Shown piece by piece: positions 39,602-49,794 of a stretch of 60,973 bases of DNA. Every line of letters begins with the position of its first letter. Position 1 is the stretch's first letter. The notes beneath the pieces were generated by a model that was not told the origin of the DNA, did not search any database, and saw nothing but the letters and a program-made list of their open reading frames with translations. Source of the DNA: Candidatus Thorarchaeota archaeon (GTDB taxonomy: Archaea > Asgardarchaeota > Thorarchaeia > Thorarchaeales > Thorarchaeaceae); contig JBHLRQ010000006.1 in NCBI GenBank assembly GCA_048882385.1, forward strand, positions 1 through 60,973. The letters run 5' to 3'. The position numbers and the translations under genes are program-made.

Positions 39602-40167
39602 AAATCAAAGCTTTCTTTCGATTCGCTCCACCATGTGCTCCATTCATTCTTCATACGATTATAATCTGGTTCTTGGAGTCCTCCCACAAAAGTTGGTCCA
39701 GGATTTCCAAGAGCCCTTCGAATCAAAACTATTTGTCCAACATGACCAAGATAATGGAGAGCTATTCTCTGGAGACTTTCTTGGAGTGTTTCATTAATCT
39801 CAGGAAACAGGATTTCATCAAATGCTTCATCATCTAAAGTTTCGAGGTACGAAAAGCCCACCTCAGAAATTCCCAGATATTCATCCACAAGCTGATTGAA
39901 TGTAAAAGGAGGTTGTGTATTTTCAATTTCATCCTTTGTTGTTCCATATCGATAATAATGCATCACGTCTTTGGAAAACAGTCTGGTGTCTTGACATGTC
40001 AAGCACAGCACCATATGAAAGTGAACAGCACAATGACCTACAATCCAACTAATACTGTTGAACTCTGGTTGTGTGCGTCGATTGACTTCGTCAGGCTCAA
40101 TGCCTTTGAATGAATTGAGGAGGTTCATTTCTGCGGCCTTAACCAGGTTAATTGCGGATTTCTTCAC
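39598..40167 (-). CDS. DinB-family protein
   Basis: NSISWIVGHCA and LHYLGHVGQI. Confidence 0.82.
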   Translation of the reverse strand: MKKSAINLVKAAEMNLLNSFKGIEPDEVNRRTQPEFNSISWIVGHCAVHFHMVLCLTCQDTRLFSKDVMHYYRYGTTKDEIENTQPPFTFNQLVDEYLGISEVGFSYLETLDDEAFDEILFPEINETLQESLQRIALHYLGHVGQIVLIRRALGNPGPTFVGGLQEPDYNRMKNEWSTWWSESKESFDF

Positions 40168-40277
40168 AGCGGATACCCAAGCATCTTGAAAAAATCCTTT
40201 AGATAAATACTAAGATTTCAGAAATATCGATGGTGTAAAAAGGAGGTATTACGCAGTGTGCGACACGAGGGAGAAGT

Positions 40278-40700
40278 ATGAAAAATCAAACACCCTTTGC
40301 TCTTTGTATCATTGGAGGTCTATTCCTGATCTTTGCGGGATATGATCATGGTGTAAGAACTATTTTCTTGATTTATGGTGTCGTGCATTCAATAGCAGCA
40401 CTTGCCGCATATTATGCGATTATCGATATTGTACTCATTTTGTTAGGAGTGATAGCATGGTCGGGAGGTTATGCAGTAATATTGGGGGGATACCTTCTTA
40501 CGATATCTCACGTCAGACTTGGAAAATTCATCATCGCAATAGCTTCTGGATTTGGTTTGATTAGCTTGATACTTACAATCGTTTGGGTATACTTAGCAGC
40601 AGGTTGGGCGGGCCTCATTGTGTTGACATGGCTCATAATGAATTCAATATGGGCAATTGGTCTTATTCTGACAATAATAGCTAGAAGTACGGCTAAGTGA
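40278..40700 (+). CDS. Hypothetical 4-TM membrane protein
   Basis: Almost entirely hydrophobic 140-aa ORF with SD-like GGGAG. Confidence 0.7.
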   Translation: MKNQTPFALCIIGGLFLIFAGYDHGVRTIFLIYGVVHSIAALAAYYAIIDIVLILLGVIAWSGGYAVILGGYLLTISHVRLGKFIIAIASGFGLISLILTIVWVYLAAGWAGLIVLTWLIMNSIWAIGLILTIIARSTAK

Positions 40701-41086
40701 GAGATATCAGCCCCACTCCCAATGATTTTTCAGAGGGGATCATTCCAATTCCAGAAGGTGAATTCTCATTGAGTCTCCAAGATAAATTCGAAGAAGAAAT
40801 GCGCGAAATCTGCGAAGAGTACGGGAACCTGCTCAAGCAAAAGAAACTCATTGATGAACAACTGGAAACACTCCATAATTATCTCGAGGTCACCATGAGA
40901 AAATACGACCAAGATGAATATAATGATCCCAAAGTACCTGTTATTGTAGATAAGATAGTATACACAAGTGAGCGGATGAAAAAAGGTGGAAAGGACAAGC
41001 TTCGAGAATTGCTCACAGACAAGCAGTGGTCTGAGCTTTACAAAGTGAAAGAAGTTGTTACATACCGAGTTTCACTTCGTGATTGA
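40697..41086 (+). CDS. Hypothetical coiled-coil protein
   Basis: 129-aa ORF overlapping the upstream stop (GTGA); charged helix. Confidence 0.6.
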   Translation: MRDISPTPNDFSEGIIPIPEGEFSLSLQDKFEEEMREICEEYGNLLKQKKLIDEQLETLHNYLEVTMRKYDQDEYNDPKVPVIVDKIVYTSERMKKGGKDKLRELLTDKQWSELYKVKEVVTYRVSLRD

Positions 41087-41120
41087 GTTCCGTTTCATGA
41101 ACTGGTTGATTGAAACTGGT

Positions 41121-41804
41121 TCACAACTTCTTCGAACCTTCACGGAAAACCAATTTAGTCATCTTATCCTTATTCTTCTCAAAATACCTCCTGACTAAAT
41201 CAGGTTCTCGCTTACTCAATTCTCGTAAAACCCAACCAGCCGCTTTTCCAACAAAGAACTCTTGATCACTTATATGCGGTGTGACAGCATCCAATATTTT
41301 TCCACTGTATTCCAGTTTGTATTGTGTCTTAAGTGTTAGATAGAGATATGGTAGGACTGAAGCTCGTCTTCTCCAGAAGTTTCTTGATGTTCTCCAAGAT
41401 TTGAGAGTCCCCTCAATTTTAAAGTCTCGAAGAATCAGTGAGCCAATACAGGGAGAACACAAAGGATCTACAATGCCCCATGTATCAGCATCTTCAATCC
41501 AGCTGTCTGCAATAGAAAGAGCGTCATCAACAGACCCTTTCTTTGCAAAAACTTTCATCATATCTATTGCTGCAAGCCGAGTCTCGAATTTTGCTATCCT
41601 CCAGAGCTTTCTCATTAGTCCAGGAAGCTGGTCAATATCCAAACCTTTGATATGCTTCGTAACGGTACGATGAATATCTGGAAGTTCAACACCAATGAAC
41701 TCCAGAGAAGAGGTTTTGAGGTACCCAGCTATTTTCTCCTTCCTATCAGGATTACTCAGTTCTTGGAGCTCTTCGTGAATTATCTTTGAAAGCGACTCAG
41801 CCAT
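41121..41804 (-). CDS. alkD: AlkD-family (HEAT-like repeat) DNA alkylation repair protein
   Basis: FIGV.LP, DTWGIVD, W..S.NFWRRRA, EFFVGKAAGWVLRE.SKR.PD.V. Confidence 0.88.
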   Translation of the reverse strand: MAESLSKIIHEELQELSNPDRKEKIAGYLKTSSLEFIGVELPDIHRTVTKHIKGLDIDQLPGLMRKLWRIAKFETRLAAIDMMKVFAKKGSVDDALSIADSWIEDADTWGIVDPLCSPCIGSLILRDFKIEGTLKSWRTSRNFWRRRASVLPYLYLTLKTQYKLEYSGKILDAVTPHISDQEFFVGKAAGWVLRELSKREPDLVRRYFEKNKDKMTKLVFREGSKKL

Positions 41805-41899
41805 ACTGAACTATATAGAGCATAACGATATAATTGTGTACCCACTTCTACAAGAAATGAAAATAAGGAACGATGTATGGTTATTTTGAAGGTGAAACC

Positions 41900-42499
41900 A
41901 TGTCTGAAATCCCAATGCCGGCTGGAGAACCATATCAACCACCTAGACAATCATCAGGTTATGGCACTTGCTGCAAAATCGCTGTAGTAATTTGTGTGCT
42001 TCTCATTATTGCAATGGTAGTTATAGCCATGGTCTGGATGGGAGGTATCCTCAGCCTCTTCGGTGGAATTACAGGAGGAGGAGGTCCTTCCTATGAAACA
42101 AGATTACTTACGTCCTCCAACAATGTTGACGTTGACATCTTTCCGGTGTATTATTACGACGAGTTTGATGTCTATACCTATGAGGTTCAAACCACAACCG
42201 ACCCGGATGTTTACTTCGAAATCAGTGTTGACGATACGGGAACAGATGCTGTAACCGTCACCATACATTTCGCAATATATGAAATTGACCAAACTACATT
42301 TGACTCGATATCAACATGGGCAGGTCTTGATCCTTATCTTGTAGAAGAAGGAAACTCCACAACAACCTACACAGACTTCTTTAATCTCAATAATAACTCT
42401 GACACATATGTCTGGGTAATCTGGTTCGATGCCACTTCAAAGACTGATACTTGGACTGTGGATATCGATCTAACACTTCGATACAACTGGAATATCTAG
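41900..42499 (+). CDS. Single-pass membrane protein with acidic beta-rich extracellular domain
   Basis: Pro-rich N-tail, CC then TM, Gly linker, Thr/Asp-rich domain; ATG after GGTGA. Confidence 0.72.
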   Translation: MSEIPMPAGEPYQPPRQSSGYGTCCKIAVVICVLLIIAMVVIAMVWMGGILSLFGGITGGGGPSYETRLLTSSNNVDVDIFPVYYYDEFDVYTYEVQTTTDPDVYFEISVDDTGTDAVTVTIHFAIYEIDQTTFDSISTWAGLDPYLVEEGNSTTTYTDFFNLNNNSDTYVWVIWFDATSKTDTWTVDIDLTLRYNWNI

Positions 42500-42504
42500 T
42501 TGAA

Positions 42505-42554
42505 GCAAATAAGGAGAGATTGCATCAATCTCTTCCTTTGCTCTTTCTTTTCTT
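42505..42554 (+). terminator. Hairpin plus pyrimidine tract
   Basis: AAGGAGAGATTG-CAT-CAATCTCTTCCTT followed by TGCTCTTTCTTTTCTT. Confidence 0.55.
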
Positions 42555-42644
42555 ATGAACATGTGTCAGTAGATTTCAATTTCTCAAAAATTCCGAGAGA
42601 TTGAAATATACTTGGAAAAACACCTGTATCAACGCTGTGACGGT

Positions 42645-45600
42645 ATGGATATCCGAATAAGAGGTGCAAGAGAAAACAATCTCAAGTCAGTGGATGTCGA
42701 TATAGGTGACGGTCTAACAGTTGTGACAGGCATCAGCGGATCAGGAAAGACCTCACTCGTTTTTGATACGTTATATCATGAAGCAAGAAGAAGGTTCATT
42801 GAAATCTTCCGTTCAAGCATTTCAAGAGTCAGAATACCCCCTGCAGACGTTCGCTCAATAACTGGAATCGGACCGACTATCGCAGTTGGTCAAAACCTGT
42901 TGAACCTCAATCCCAACTCTACACTAGCATCAGCATCTGGGCTTCATCCTTTCTTTAGACTTCTGTTCGCAAAGTTTGGCAAACGGCATTGCGTTGTCTG
43001 CGGCGAAAAACTCCAGGTTCTAACGGAGGATGAGATTTTAGCAATTATCAAAGGGAAACTGATTAAGAGCATGTTAGAAATTTCAACATCGCTTGTTCAC
43101 GAAACTAGAGGAAGTCACAGCACACTACTTGAGCTTCTTGGTTCAGAGTTTGGAAACCAGAGAATAATAGTAGATGGCAAATCGTGGAAAAAGAAGAAGC
43201 TGAATCCTCATGAGCTTCATAGTATATCATTACTCATAGGTACCTTTTCACCTGATTCAACCAATTCGCAGATAAGAGAAGCATTGGTTACTATCAAAGC
43301 TCTAGGCTCTAATTCTATTACTATCAAAGATAATGACTCAATACAGACCATCTCCATGAGAAATGTGTGTTCACAGTGTGGATCTTGGTTTGGGGAAGTT
43401 GAGCCCAAGCATTTTAGGATTAAGTGTGTTCACTGTGGTGGAGAGGGTTGCAAAAGATGCAACAACACAGGTCTGCATGAAAAAGCTGCATCAGTTCAAT
43501 GGGAGATGATGAGTTTCCCGGAGTTATTAGCTCTATCCGTTTCCGAAGCTCATCAGATCTTTAAAGATGTCATGATTCCGAAACCAGCAAAGCGTCTGCA
43601 GACTGAGATTTCAAGAAGACTGAATGCACTCATGACTGTGGGTCTAGACTACATCCAGCTGAATCGACCTTCACCTACATTATCAAGGGGAGAATCACAA
43701 CGTGTTAGACTTGCAATTTCTTTAACTAGCCGATTGGAAGATATCTGTCATGTGTTGGATGAACCAACAATTGGTCAGCATCCAGCTGATTTAGAACGCC
43801 TTTTACCAGCATTTCGGAAACTACTTGGACCAGTAATTTTCGTTGAACATGACAGAGTTGCTGCATCTCAAGCGGACCATGCTATTGACATTGGTCCGTT
43901 TGCTGGACAAAGGGGAGGGGAGATAGTCTTTACTGGTACCCCTCATGAGCTCTGGAATGCTGATACGACCACAGGTCACTATTTCAGCTTGAAGAAACGA
44001 GTGCCTGTCCTAGAACCTAGAGAACACCATGATGAGTACATATTGATTCAGTCTGCAAATCAACACAACCTGAAGTCTATAGATGTTAGGATTCCAATCG
44101 GTAGGCTCAGTGTCATCACAGGAAGAAGTGGTTCAGGGAAGAGCACTCTTGTCCAATATGTGCTTGTCCCGTCCCTAAAGAAGGATCAACCTATTGGATG
44201 TCATGCAGTAACAGGAAAGAAGCTCAGTCCTGTATTAGTCAACCAAAAACCCATAGGAAAGAATCCAAGATCGAATCCGGGAACTTACACCAAGCTTTCG
44301 GACATTGTGAGAGACCTCTATGCATCTGAAACTCAACTAACAGCATCACACTTCTCGTTCAACCGTCCCGAAGGTGCATGTCCAACGTGCAGCGGGATGG
44401 GTGCTGTCGAGGTCAAAATGAGATACCTTCCTTCAATCTGGATAGTATGTTCAGACTGTGAAGGAAGGAGGTTCAAGGAAGAGGTGTTAAGTTCAAAGGT
44501 GAAGTTTGGAGACCAAGAACTTTCTATCGCAGACTTCTATGAACTCTCAATAGCTGAAGTTCAATCCATTCTATCAGATGATTCGCGGTTGACTGAGAAT
44601 CAACGCAAGTCTGCATCAAACATATTGGATGCCTTGGTCACAATTGGCTTAGGTTATCTGAAGTTGGGGCAGAGCTCTCCAAGCCTCTCAGGTGGAGAAG
44701 CTCAGCGAGTCAAACTAGCAAAATACCTTGGGAAGAAGTCACTGACTTCAAAGATTCTCATACTTGATGAACCTAGCACTGGACTTCATCCAAACGACTT
44801 GTTTGGTTTGCTTTCTGTGTTGGATAGACTTGTCAAAGAAGGTGCGACAATCATCGTGATTGAACACAATACTGACATCATTCGGTCAGCTGACTGGATT
44901 ATAGATCTCGGACCTCTAGGGGGACCAGCTGGAGGAGAGGTTTTGTATGCAGGTCCACCATCTGGCATCTTCGATGTTGATGAGTCTTATACAGCCAAAG
45001 CCCTGGAGAACGAGGAAAAGGTGAAACCTCGAAAGAAGCCTGGTAAAACGAATGTACTCACTGATAGTATAAAGATTCGAAAAGCTCAGGCAAACAACCT
45101 AAAGGATGTAAGTGTCAAGATCAAGAAATCAAACCTCACTGTGGTCACTGGTATATCTGGATCAGGGAAGTCATCATTGGTAAGAGATGTCCTTCAGGCG
45201 GAGGCGGAGAGGCGATTCCTAGAATCACTATCGGTCTATGAACGTCAAGGAACGAGTGAGGGTCCAGAAGCTCCAGTGGAGAGCGTGAGTGGACTTGGTG
45301 TTTCCATTGCGATCTCATCCCGTAGGCGAAGAGGCTCTGGGTGGTGGGCAGTCTTTATGACTCGTACCACAGTTGGCATTGTAACTGAGATTTCGAAACA
45401 GATCAATGTCCTCTATGCAGCAATAGCGGACAGGATCTGCGTGGATTGCGGAACACAGATGGTCCGTACTGAAAAGTGGTCATGTCCCAAGTGTGGTTTG
45501 GAGAAGCCCATCGTTAGTCCAAGATTATTCTCTCCAACAGTCTATTTCGCAGCTTGTGGAAAATGTAGTGGCGTTGGTCATATCAATACGCCAGCACTTG

Positions 45601-47531
45601 AGAAACTAATCATCGCTCCAGACAAACCATTGTGCAAAGGTGCAATGTATTCTCCGGGATATTATCCTGGCAAGTATTTCTGCGACCCGAAAAGTGTAGC
45701 TGCAGGGCTCTTGATAGCTTTAGGGGAGAAATATGGATTCAATCCTCAGACAACTCCTTGGAACGATATGTCTGATAAAGCAAAGGAAGCTTTCCTCTTC
45801 GGAGACCCCAAGAAGCTACACTTTTCATACCTAGGAACAGAAAGAGGCAAGAGGACCAAGGTTTCAGGTAAGCGAGCTTGGAGGGGATTCTATAGACTCG
45901 TGAACGATTGGGATGTTGGACAGACATTCACCACTCGAGTCACATGCGAGAGCTGCGGAGGAACAGGCCTCAAAGATGATTTTCTATCATTCAAGATTAA
46001 TGGTCTCAATGTGCATGAAATGAAGAACAAGACTGTAAGTGAGCTTAGGAAGATTCTCGAAAATGTTGCTGTTCCTGAGTCAGACTCTTTCTTTGCTTCA
46101 GACAATCTTCAGACTGCACTCAAAAGATTGAGATTCTTGGAACAAGTAGGACTTGGGTACATCCATCTAAATAGACAAGCTCTGACGCTTTCTGCTGGAG
46201 AAGCTCAACGGATCGTACTCTCTAGCCTTCTTGGGAGTGGTCTCACTTCGCTAACAATCCTCCTGGACGAGCCCTCTCGGGGTATGCATCCTTCCGAGGT
46301 AGACAGCTTGGTTGAGGCACTCCAACAGCTGAAGATGGAGGGAAACACGCCAATCGTTGTTGAACACGACTTGGGAGTCATTCAGGCGGCAGACGAACTT
46401 ATTGATATGGGTCCGAAAGCTGGGACTGCAGGAGGAAAGATCGTAGCCATTGGTAGTCCAGCGGAAGTAGCCAAAGGTGATTCCATCACTGCAAAGTGGT
46501 TGAGAGGAGAGAGAAAAATCAAGATAGCTGATGATACTAGAACACCGATAGCCTGGATGAGGGTCATTGGGGCAAGAGGAAATAACCTCAAGAACCTAGA
46601 TATTGAGATACCTCTAGGAGTCCTCGTGGGATTCTGCGGGGTTTCAGGATCAGGGAAAAGCACACTTCTAATTGATACACTCGCTCGAGCTATAGCGCCG
46701 AAGAAATTCACAACCTCAGTCGCATACGAGGAGATAGAACCTGAGGATTATGACAGTATCACAAATGCACCTGAACAGGTTATTGTACTAGACCAAGGAC
46801 GGAAAGGAATCCAATCCCCTGGTCAGGCTTTGGGAATCCTGAAGTCACTTGTCGACATCTATTCTGAGAGTGAAGATGCTCAAGCTTTGGGAATGAACCG
46901 GGAGAGACTGTCGAAACCCTGTACCGTTTGTGAAGGGACAGGAAGACTGCGTACCGAACTTGGTTTTCTTCCAACCGTATATACGACCTGTGAGGTCTGT
47001 GCAGGTAGTGGTAGGTCTCCAGAGACCTGGGAGGTGAAGCTACACGGATTATCACTTCCGGAACTCAACGAGTTGACTCTCAAGGAGATATACCACCTCT
47101 TCAAGGATGACGAGAGAATTGAGAGGAAGCTGCTTCCAGCCCTCGATGTGGGTCTGGACTATCTTGTTCTTAGGCAACCAAGTTGGACACTTTCTGGTGG
47201 CGAAGTCCAGCGGCTTAAGATTGCTCAAGAACTTAGAAAGAAGAACAAGTCAGGGCTCTACATTCTCGATGAACCAACTGTTGGCCAGCACCTAGAAGAT
47301 GTAAATCGATTGGTGGGAGTCTTGCATAGATTGGTTGAGGCTGGGAACAGTGTGTTTGTGATTGAACACCACCCCCATGTTCTTGCGGCTTGTGATTATC
47401 TGATAGAGCTAGGTCCAGAAGGAGGTCCAGCAGGTGGCAAAATAGTGGCTGAAGGATCTCCAAAGAAGGTAGCCAAAATGGCTACTCCAACAGCACCTTA
47501 CATTAAGGAAATCTTGGAGGCGAATAAATGA
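42645..47531 (+). CDS. uvrA: Double-length UvrA-like protein (two fused UvrA modules, four ABC ATPase sites)
   Basis: GARENNLK; Walker A GISGSGKT, GRSGSGKS, GISGSGKS, GVSGSGKS; signatures LSRGESQR, LSGGEAQR, LSAGEAQR, LSGGEVQR; four LDEP; many CxxC zinc modules. Confidence 0.92.
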   Translation: MDIRIRGARENNLKSVDVDIGDGLTVVTGISGSGKTSLVFDTLYHEARRRFIEIFRSSISRVRIPPADVRSITGIGPTIAVGQNLLNLNPNSTLASASGLHPFFRLLFAKFGKRHCVVCGEKLQVLTEDEILAIIKGKLIKSMLEISTSLVHETRGSHSTLLELLGSEFGNQRIIVDGKSWKKKKLNPHELHSISLLIGTFSPDSTNSQIREALVTIKALGSNSITIKDNDSIQTISMRNVCSQCGSWFGEVEPKHFRIKCVHCGGEGCKRCNNTGLHEKAASVQWEMMSFPELLALSVSEAHQIFKDVMIPKPAKRLQTEISRRLNALMTVGLDYIQLNRPSPTLSRGESQRVRLAISLTSRLEDICHVLDEPTIGQHPADLERLLPAFRKLLGPVIFVEHDRVAASQADHAIDIGPFAGQRGGEIVFTGTPHELWNADTTTGHYFSLKKRVPVLEPREHHDEYILIQSANQHNLKSIDVRIPIGRLSVITGRSGSGKSTLVQYVLVPSLKKDQPIGCHAVTGKKLSPVLVNQKPIGKNPRSNPGTYTKLSDIVRDLYASETQLTASHFSFNRPEGACPTCSGMGAVEVKMRYLPSIWIVCSDCEGRRFKEEVLSSKVKFGDQELSIADFYELSIAEVQSILSDDSRLTENQRKSASNILDALVTIGLGYLKLGQSSPSLSGGEAQRVKLAKYLGKKSLTSKILILDEPSTGLHPNDLFGLLSVLDRLVKEGATIIVIEHNTDIIRSADWIIDLGPLGGPAGGEVLYAGPPSGIFDVDESYTAKALENEEKVKPRKKPGKTNVLTDSIKIRKAQANNLKDVSVKIKKSNLTVVTGISGSGKSSLVRDVLQAEAERRFLESLSVYERQGTSEGPEAPVESVSGLGVSIAISSRRRRGSGWWAVFMTRTTVGIVTEISKQINVLYAAIADRICVDCGTQMVRTEKWSCPKCGLEKPIVSPRLFSPTVYFAACGKCSGVGHINTPALEKLIIAPDKPLCKGAMYSPGYYPGKYFCDPKSVAAGLLIALGEKYGFNPQTTPWNDMSDKAKEAFLFGDPKKLHFSYLGTERGKRTKVSGKRAWRGFYRLVNDWDVGQTFTTRVTCESCGGTGLKDDFLSFKINGLNVHEMKNKTVSELRKILENVAVPESDSFFASDNLQTALKRLRFLEQVGLGYIHLNRQALTLSAGEAQRIVLSSLLGSGLTSLTILLDEPSRGMHPSEVDSLVEALQQLKMEGNTPIVVEHDLGVIQAADELIDMGPKAGTAGGKIVAIGSPAEVAKGDSITAKWLRGERKIKIADDTRTPIAWMRVIGARGNNLKNLDIEIPLGVLVGFCGVSGSGKSTLLIDTLARAIAPKKFTTSVAYEEIEPEDYDSITNAPEQVIVLDQGRKGIQSPGQALGILKSLVDIYSESEDAQALGMNRERLSKPCTVCEGTGRLRTELGFLPTVYTTCEVCAGSGRSPETWEVKLHGLSLPELNELTLKEIYHLFKDDERIERKLLPALDVGLDYLVLRQPSWTLSGGEVQRLKIAQELRKKNKSGLYILDEPTVGQHLEDVNRLVGVLHRLVEAGNSVFVIEHHPHVLAACDYLIELGPEGGPAGGKIVAEGSPKKVAKMATPTAPYIKEILEANK

Positions 47532-48565
47532 CTTGGGTCCCTCTCCTTCTCGCAGATAGGTCTCCTAGTCTTCGAAGTCTTGTACTCAGACAATTGCTTG
47601 GGCGTTCAAACACAGATCCTGAAGTAAAGGAACTTATTGTAATGCAAAATGAGGACCCCCTGATTACATCTTTGCTCAATCTTCAGAAGAAGAATGGGAA
47701 CTGGGAAGATCTTGATCAGGCTGGATATACCATTGGCGGGAGTGTGAGAGCCACAACAGCAGCGCTCATGCGACTCGGATATCTAGGGCTTGACAAGGAC
47801 CATCCGTCTGTCAAGAAAGGGGCAGAGTTTCTCTTCTCCAAACAGAGAAAAGATGGATCATGGCCACTGCCTGAAAGGGTTTCAGACTTTGAGTTCACAA
47901 AAGGCTCCTACACGATGACACCTGTGCAAACATCGATTCCTCTACTTGGCTTAGCAATGACGGGATTTGCTGAAGATTCTCGAGCAGAAAAAGCATATGA
48001 GTGGTTACTCAAGAAACGAAACAATGATGGGACTTGGCCTGCTGGCAAGGTAGAAGAGGTCTATGTTGGAATCGCAGGATATCGTAGACTTCCGCATTCC
48101 CAGTGGGGATGTAGGACTAACACGACTCAGGCTTTGTTATGCTTCGCTCATCATCCAATTCGGAAATCGAGTGAGGTTGCGAAACAGGCACTCGATCATC
48201 TCCTTGGGAGAGAGACTCGAGAGAGGAATACCCTGGGGTTCAGTGTTGCGAGAATTATAGGTGTAGAACCACACCGTGGCGCTCTCACGTATCATGCCAA
48301 GTTCGATCCAGCCCTCATTCTTGACATATGTTCAAGAGTGGGTGCAAACAGGTCAGATCCAAGAGTAGAAGAGCTCATCGAATGGGTCTTGAAACAACAA
48401 GGCGAATATGGTCTCTGGGAATACATGCCGCACCCAGAGATTTCAAGATGGGTCTCGTTCGACATCCTACGTTCTCTTGGAAAGATAGACGACACTACTG
48501 AGTGGTTTTCCACAAAGCAGAGAAAACAGTTTGCTCCTTATCCGAGAAGAAAGAAACGCTTCTAA
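47528..48565 (+). CDS. Prenyltransferase/squalene-cyclase-repeat (QW motif) alpha/alpha-barrel protein
   Basis: QKKNGNW, QRKDGSW, RNNDGTW, QGEYGLW; ATGA overlap with the uvrA stop; no DxDD motif. Confidence 0.8.
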   Translation: MTWVPLLLADRSPSLRSLVLRQLLGRSNTDPEVKELIVMQNEDPLITSLLNLQKKNGNWEDLDQAGYTIGGSVRATTAALMRLGYLGLDKDHPSVKKGAEFLFSKQRKDGSWPLPERVSDFEFTKGSYTMTPVQTSIPLLGLAMTGFAEDSRAEKAYEWLLKKRNNDGTWPAGKVEEVYVGIAGYRRLPHSQWGCRTNTTQALLCFAHHPIRKSSEVAKQALDHLLGRETRERNTLGFSVARIIGVEPHRGALTYHAKFDPALILDICSRVGANRSDPRVEELIEWVLKQQGEYGLWEYMPHPEISRWVSFDILRSLGKIDDTTEWFSTKQRKQFAPYPRRKKRF

Positions 48566-48655
48566 TTCATACAGACTACATTGTCAGGACAATTTTATCG
48601 ACATATGCTTCAAGAAAGACGATGCTCTTTTGTCAGTTGTTGGTTTGATAGAGCT

Positions 48656-49699
48656 TCAAGCTGCATATAGTCGCATATCAGCCTTGTTGAAATTGGAGAA
48701 AGCCTTCTTACCGAATTTCTCTTCAATGTCTTTTGCATAAGAGTGAAGAAGCTTCAGTGTATCAAGTCCACCAAGTTTCTCATCAAAAGAAAGTGTAAGA
48801 TTCCAAACAGGATCATCAGAACCCGGGATTCGGTCTCTCAACCATCCGATCGGACTAGTTCGCTCACTCTTGTCACTTAGAACAAATTCCATCTCTGCGC
48901 CGATTCCTTCTCTAGAGAGTCTCATTAAGTATCTAAGCCATCCAGCCTCCGAGGTTGGAAATCCAGATGTCCCTTTCTTATGGGTGTTTATCAAAATGGA
49001 ATCAACTATGAGTCTGTCTTTCTCTATCTTACCAAAAGTAGCAGCAATCCAAAGCAGTCTCATAAGAATAGCTCTTCTACCGTTGAGGAGCTCTTGTCCT
49101 GCTAACGTATCAGTATCCTTCAAACCTTGTTCAGAAGTTAGAATTGTAACAATTGTATGATGCAGAGATTCATACTTAGTATACTTACCCTCCACTTTCG
49201 GAAATTCTGTTATCCGTGGTGATTTCTTCTCTACAGTTTTGACATCCTTAATTTCCACAGGACTGAGTCCGGACCTAATCTCTTCTAGGTTCTTCTTCCC
49301 CTCGAAGATACGAACAAACCTCTGATACACATCATCAGAAATCTGTTCACCAATCCGTGTTTCTGCATTCTGCCGACTTTTTCCTTGATTCATTAACTCA
49401 ATCTTATCACAAGGAAACCTCGAGCAATATGAGCAGTTCTTGATGTTGTTATGGAAAGCACACTTCCGTGCTGAACAACCGCGAAGGAAGTTGTGAACGC
49501 CTACATCCTTGGCTAGTTTGTCAGTAGGTGTTTGACAACCATGACATGGATTCTTCGTGACTGAGAATCCTACATACTTTTTCACTTCTGCTGCATATGA
49601 CTCCCATTCCTCCTCAGTCTGGTTTCTTCTAACCCATACTCCCCATGGACAACTAGAGCACATATTACCGCATTTGCTGATTACAGGTTTCAAACTCAC
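48656..49699 (-). CDS. DUF3795-like Cys-rich domain protein with C-terminal extension
   Basis: KCGNMCSSCP, CHGCQ, C.ARKCA...NCSYCSRFPC. Confidence 0.78.
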   Translation of the reverse strand: MSLKPVISKCGNMCSSCPWGVWVRRNQTEEEWESYAAEVKKYVGFSVTKNPCHGCQTPTDKLAKDVGVHNFLRGCSARKCAFHNNIKNCSYCSRFPCDKIELMNQGKSRQNAETRIGEQISDDVYQRFVRIFEGKKNLEEIRSGLSPVEIKDVKTVEKKSPRITEFPKVEGKYTKYESLHHTIVTILTSEQGLKDTDTLAGQELLNGRRAILMRLLWIAATFGKIEKDRLIVDSILINTHKKGTSGFPTSEAGWLRYLMRLSREGIGAEMEFVLSDKSERTSPIGWLRDRIPGSDDPVWNLTLSFDEKLGGLDTLKLLHSYAKDIEEKFGKKAFSNFNKADMRLYAA

Positions 49700-49794
49700 A
49701 CTCTCCTCATAACTGATTTGAGACCTGATTCTTATAATCTACGCTTTCAATTAGATTCATATCGATAGGAGTCCATTATAATGCGGGTGGTTGG

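Noticed and set aside
40697-41086. Phage-derived (Gam/Gp157-like) gene
   Set aside because: Only a generic coiled-coil resemblance, with no viral context.
7792-48565. A eukaryote-like protein prenylation pathway (ICMT-like gene, prenyltransferase-repeat gene, four Rab-like GTPases)
   Set aside because: None of the GTPases ends in CAAX, CC or CXC; the genes are far apart; both families are widespread in prokaryotes; no prenyltransferase alpha subunit is seen.
47528-48565. Squalene-hopene or oxidosqualene cyclase (tempting alongside the SCP2 gene at 4499..4837)
   Set aside because: Only 345 aa (one barrel) and no DxDD or DCTAE catalytic motif.
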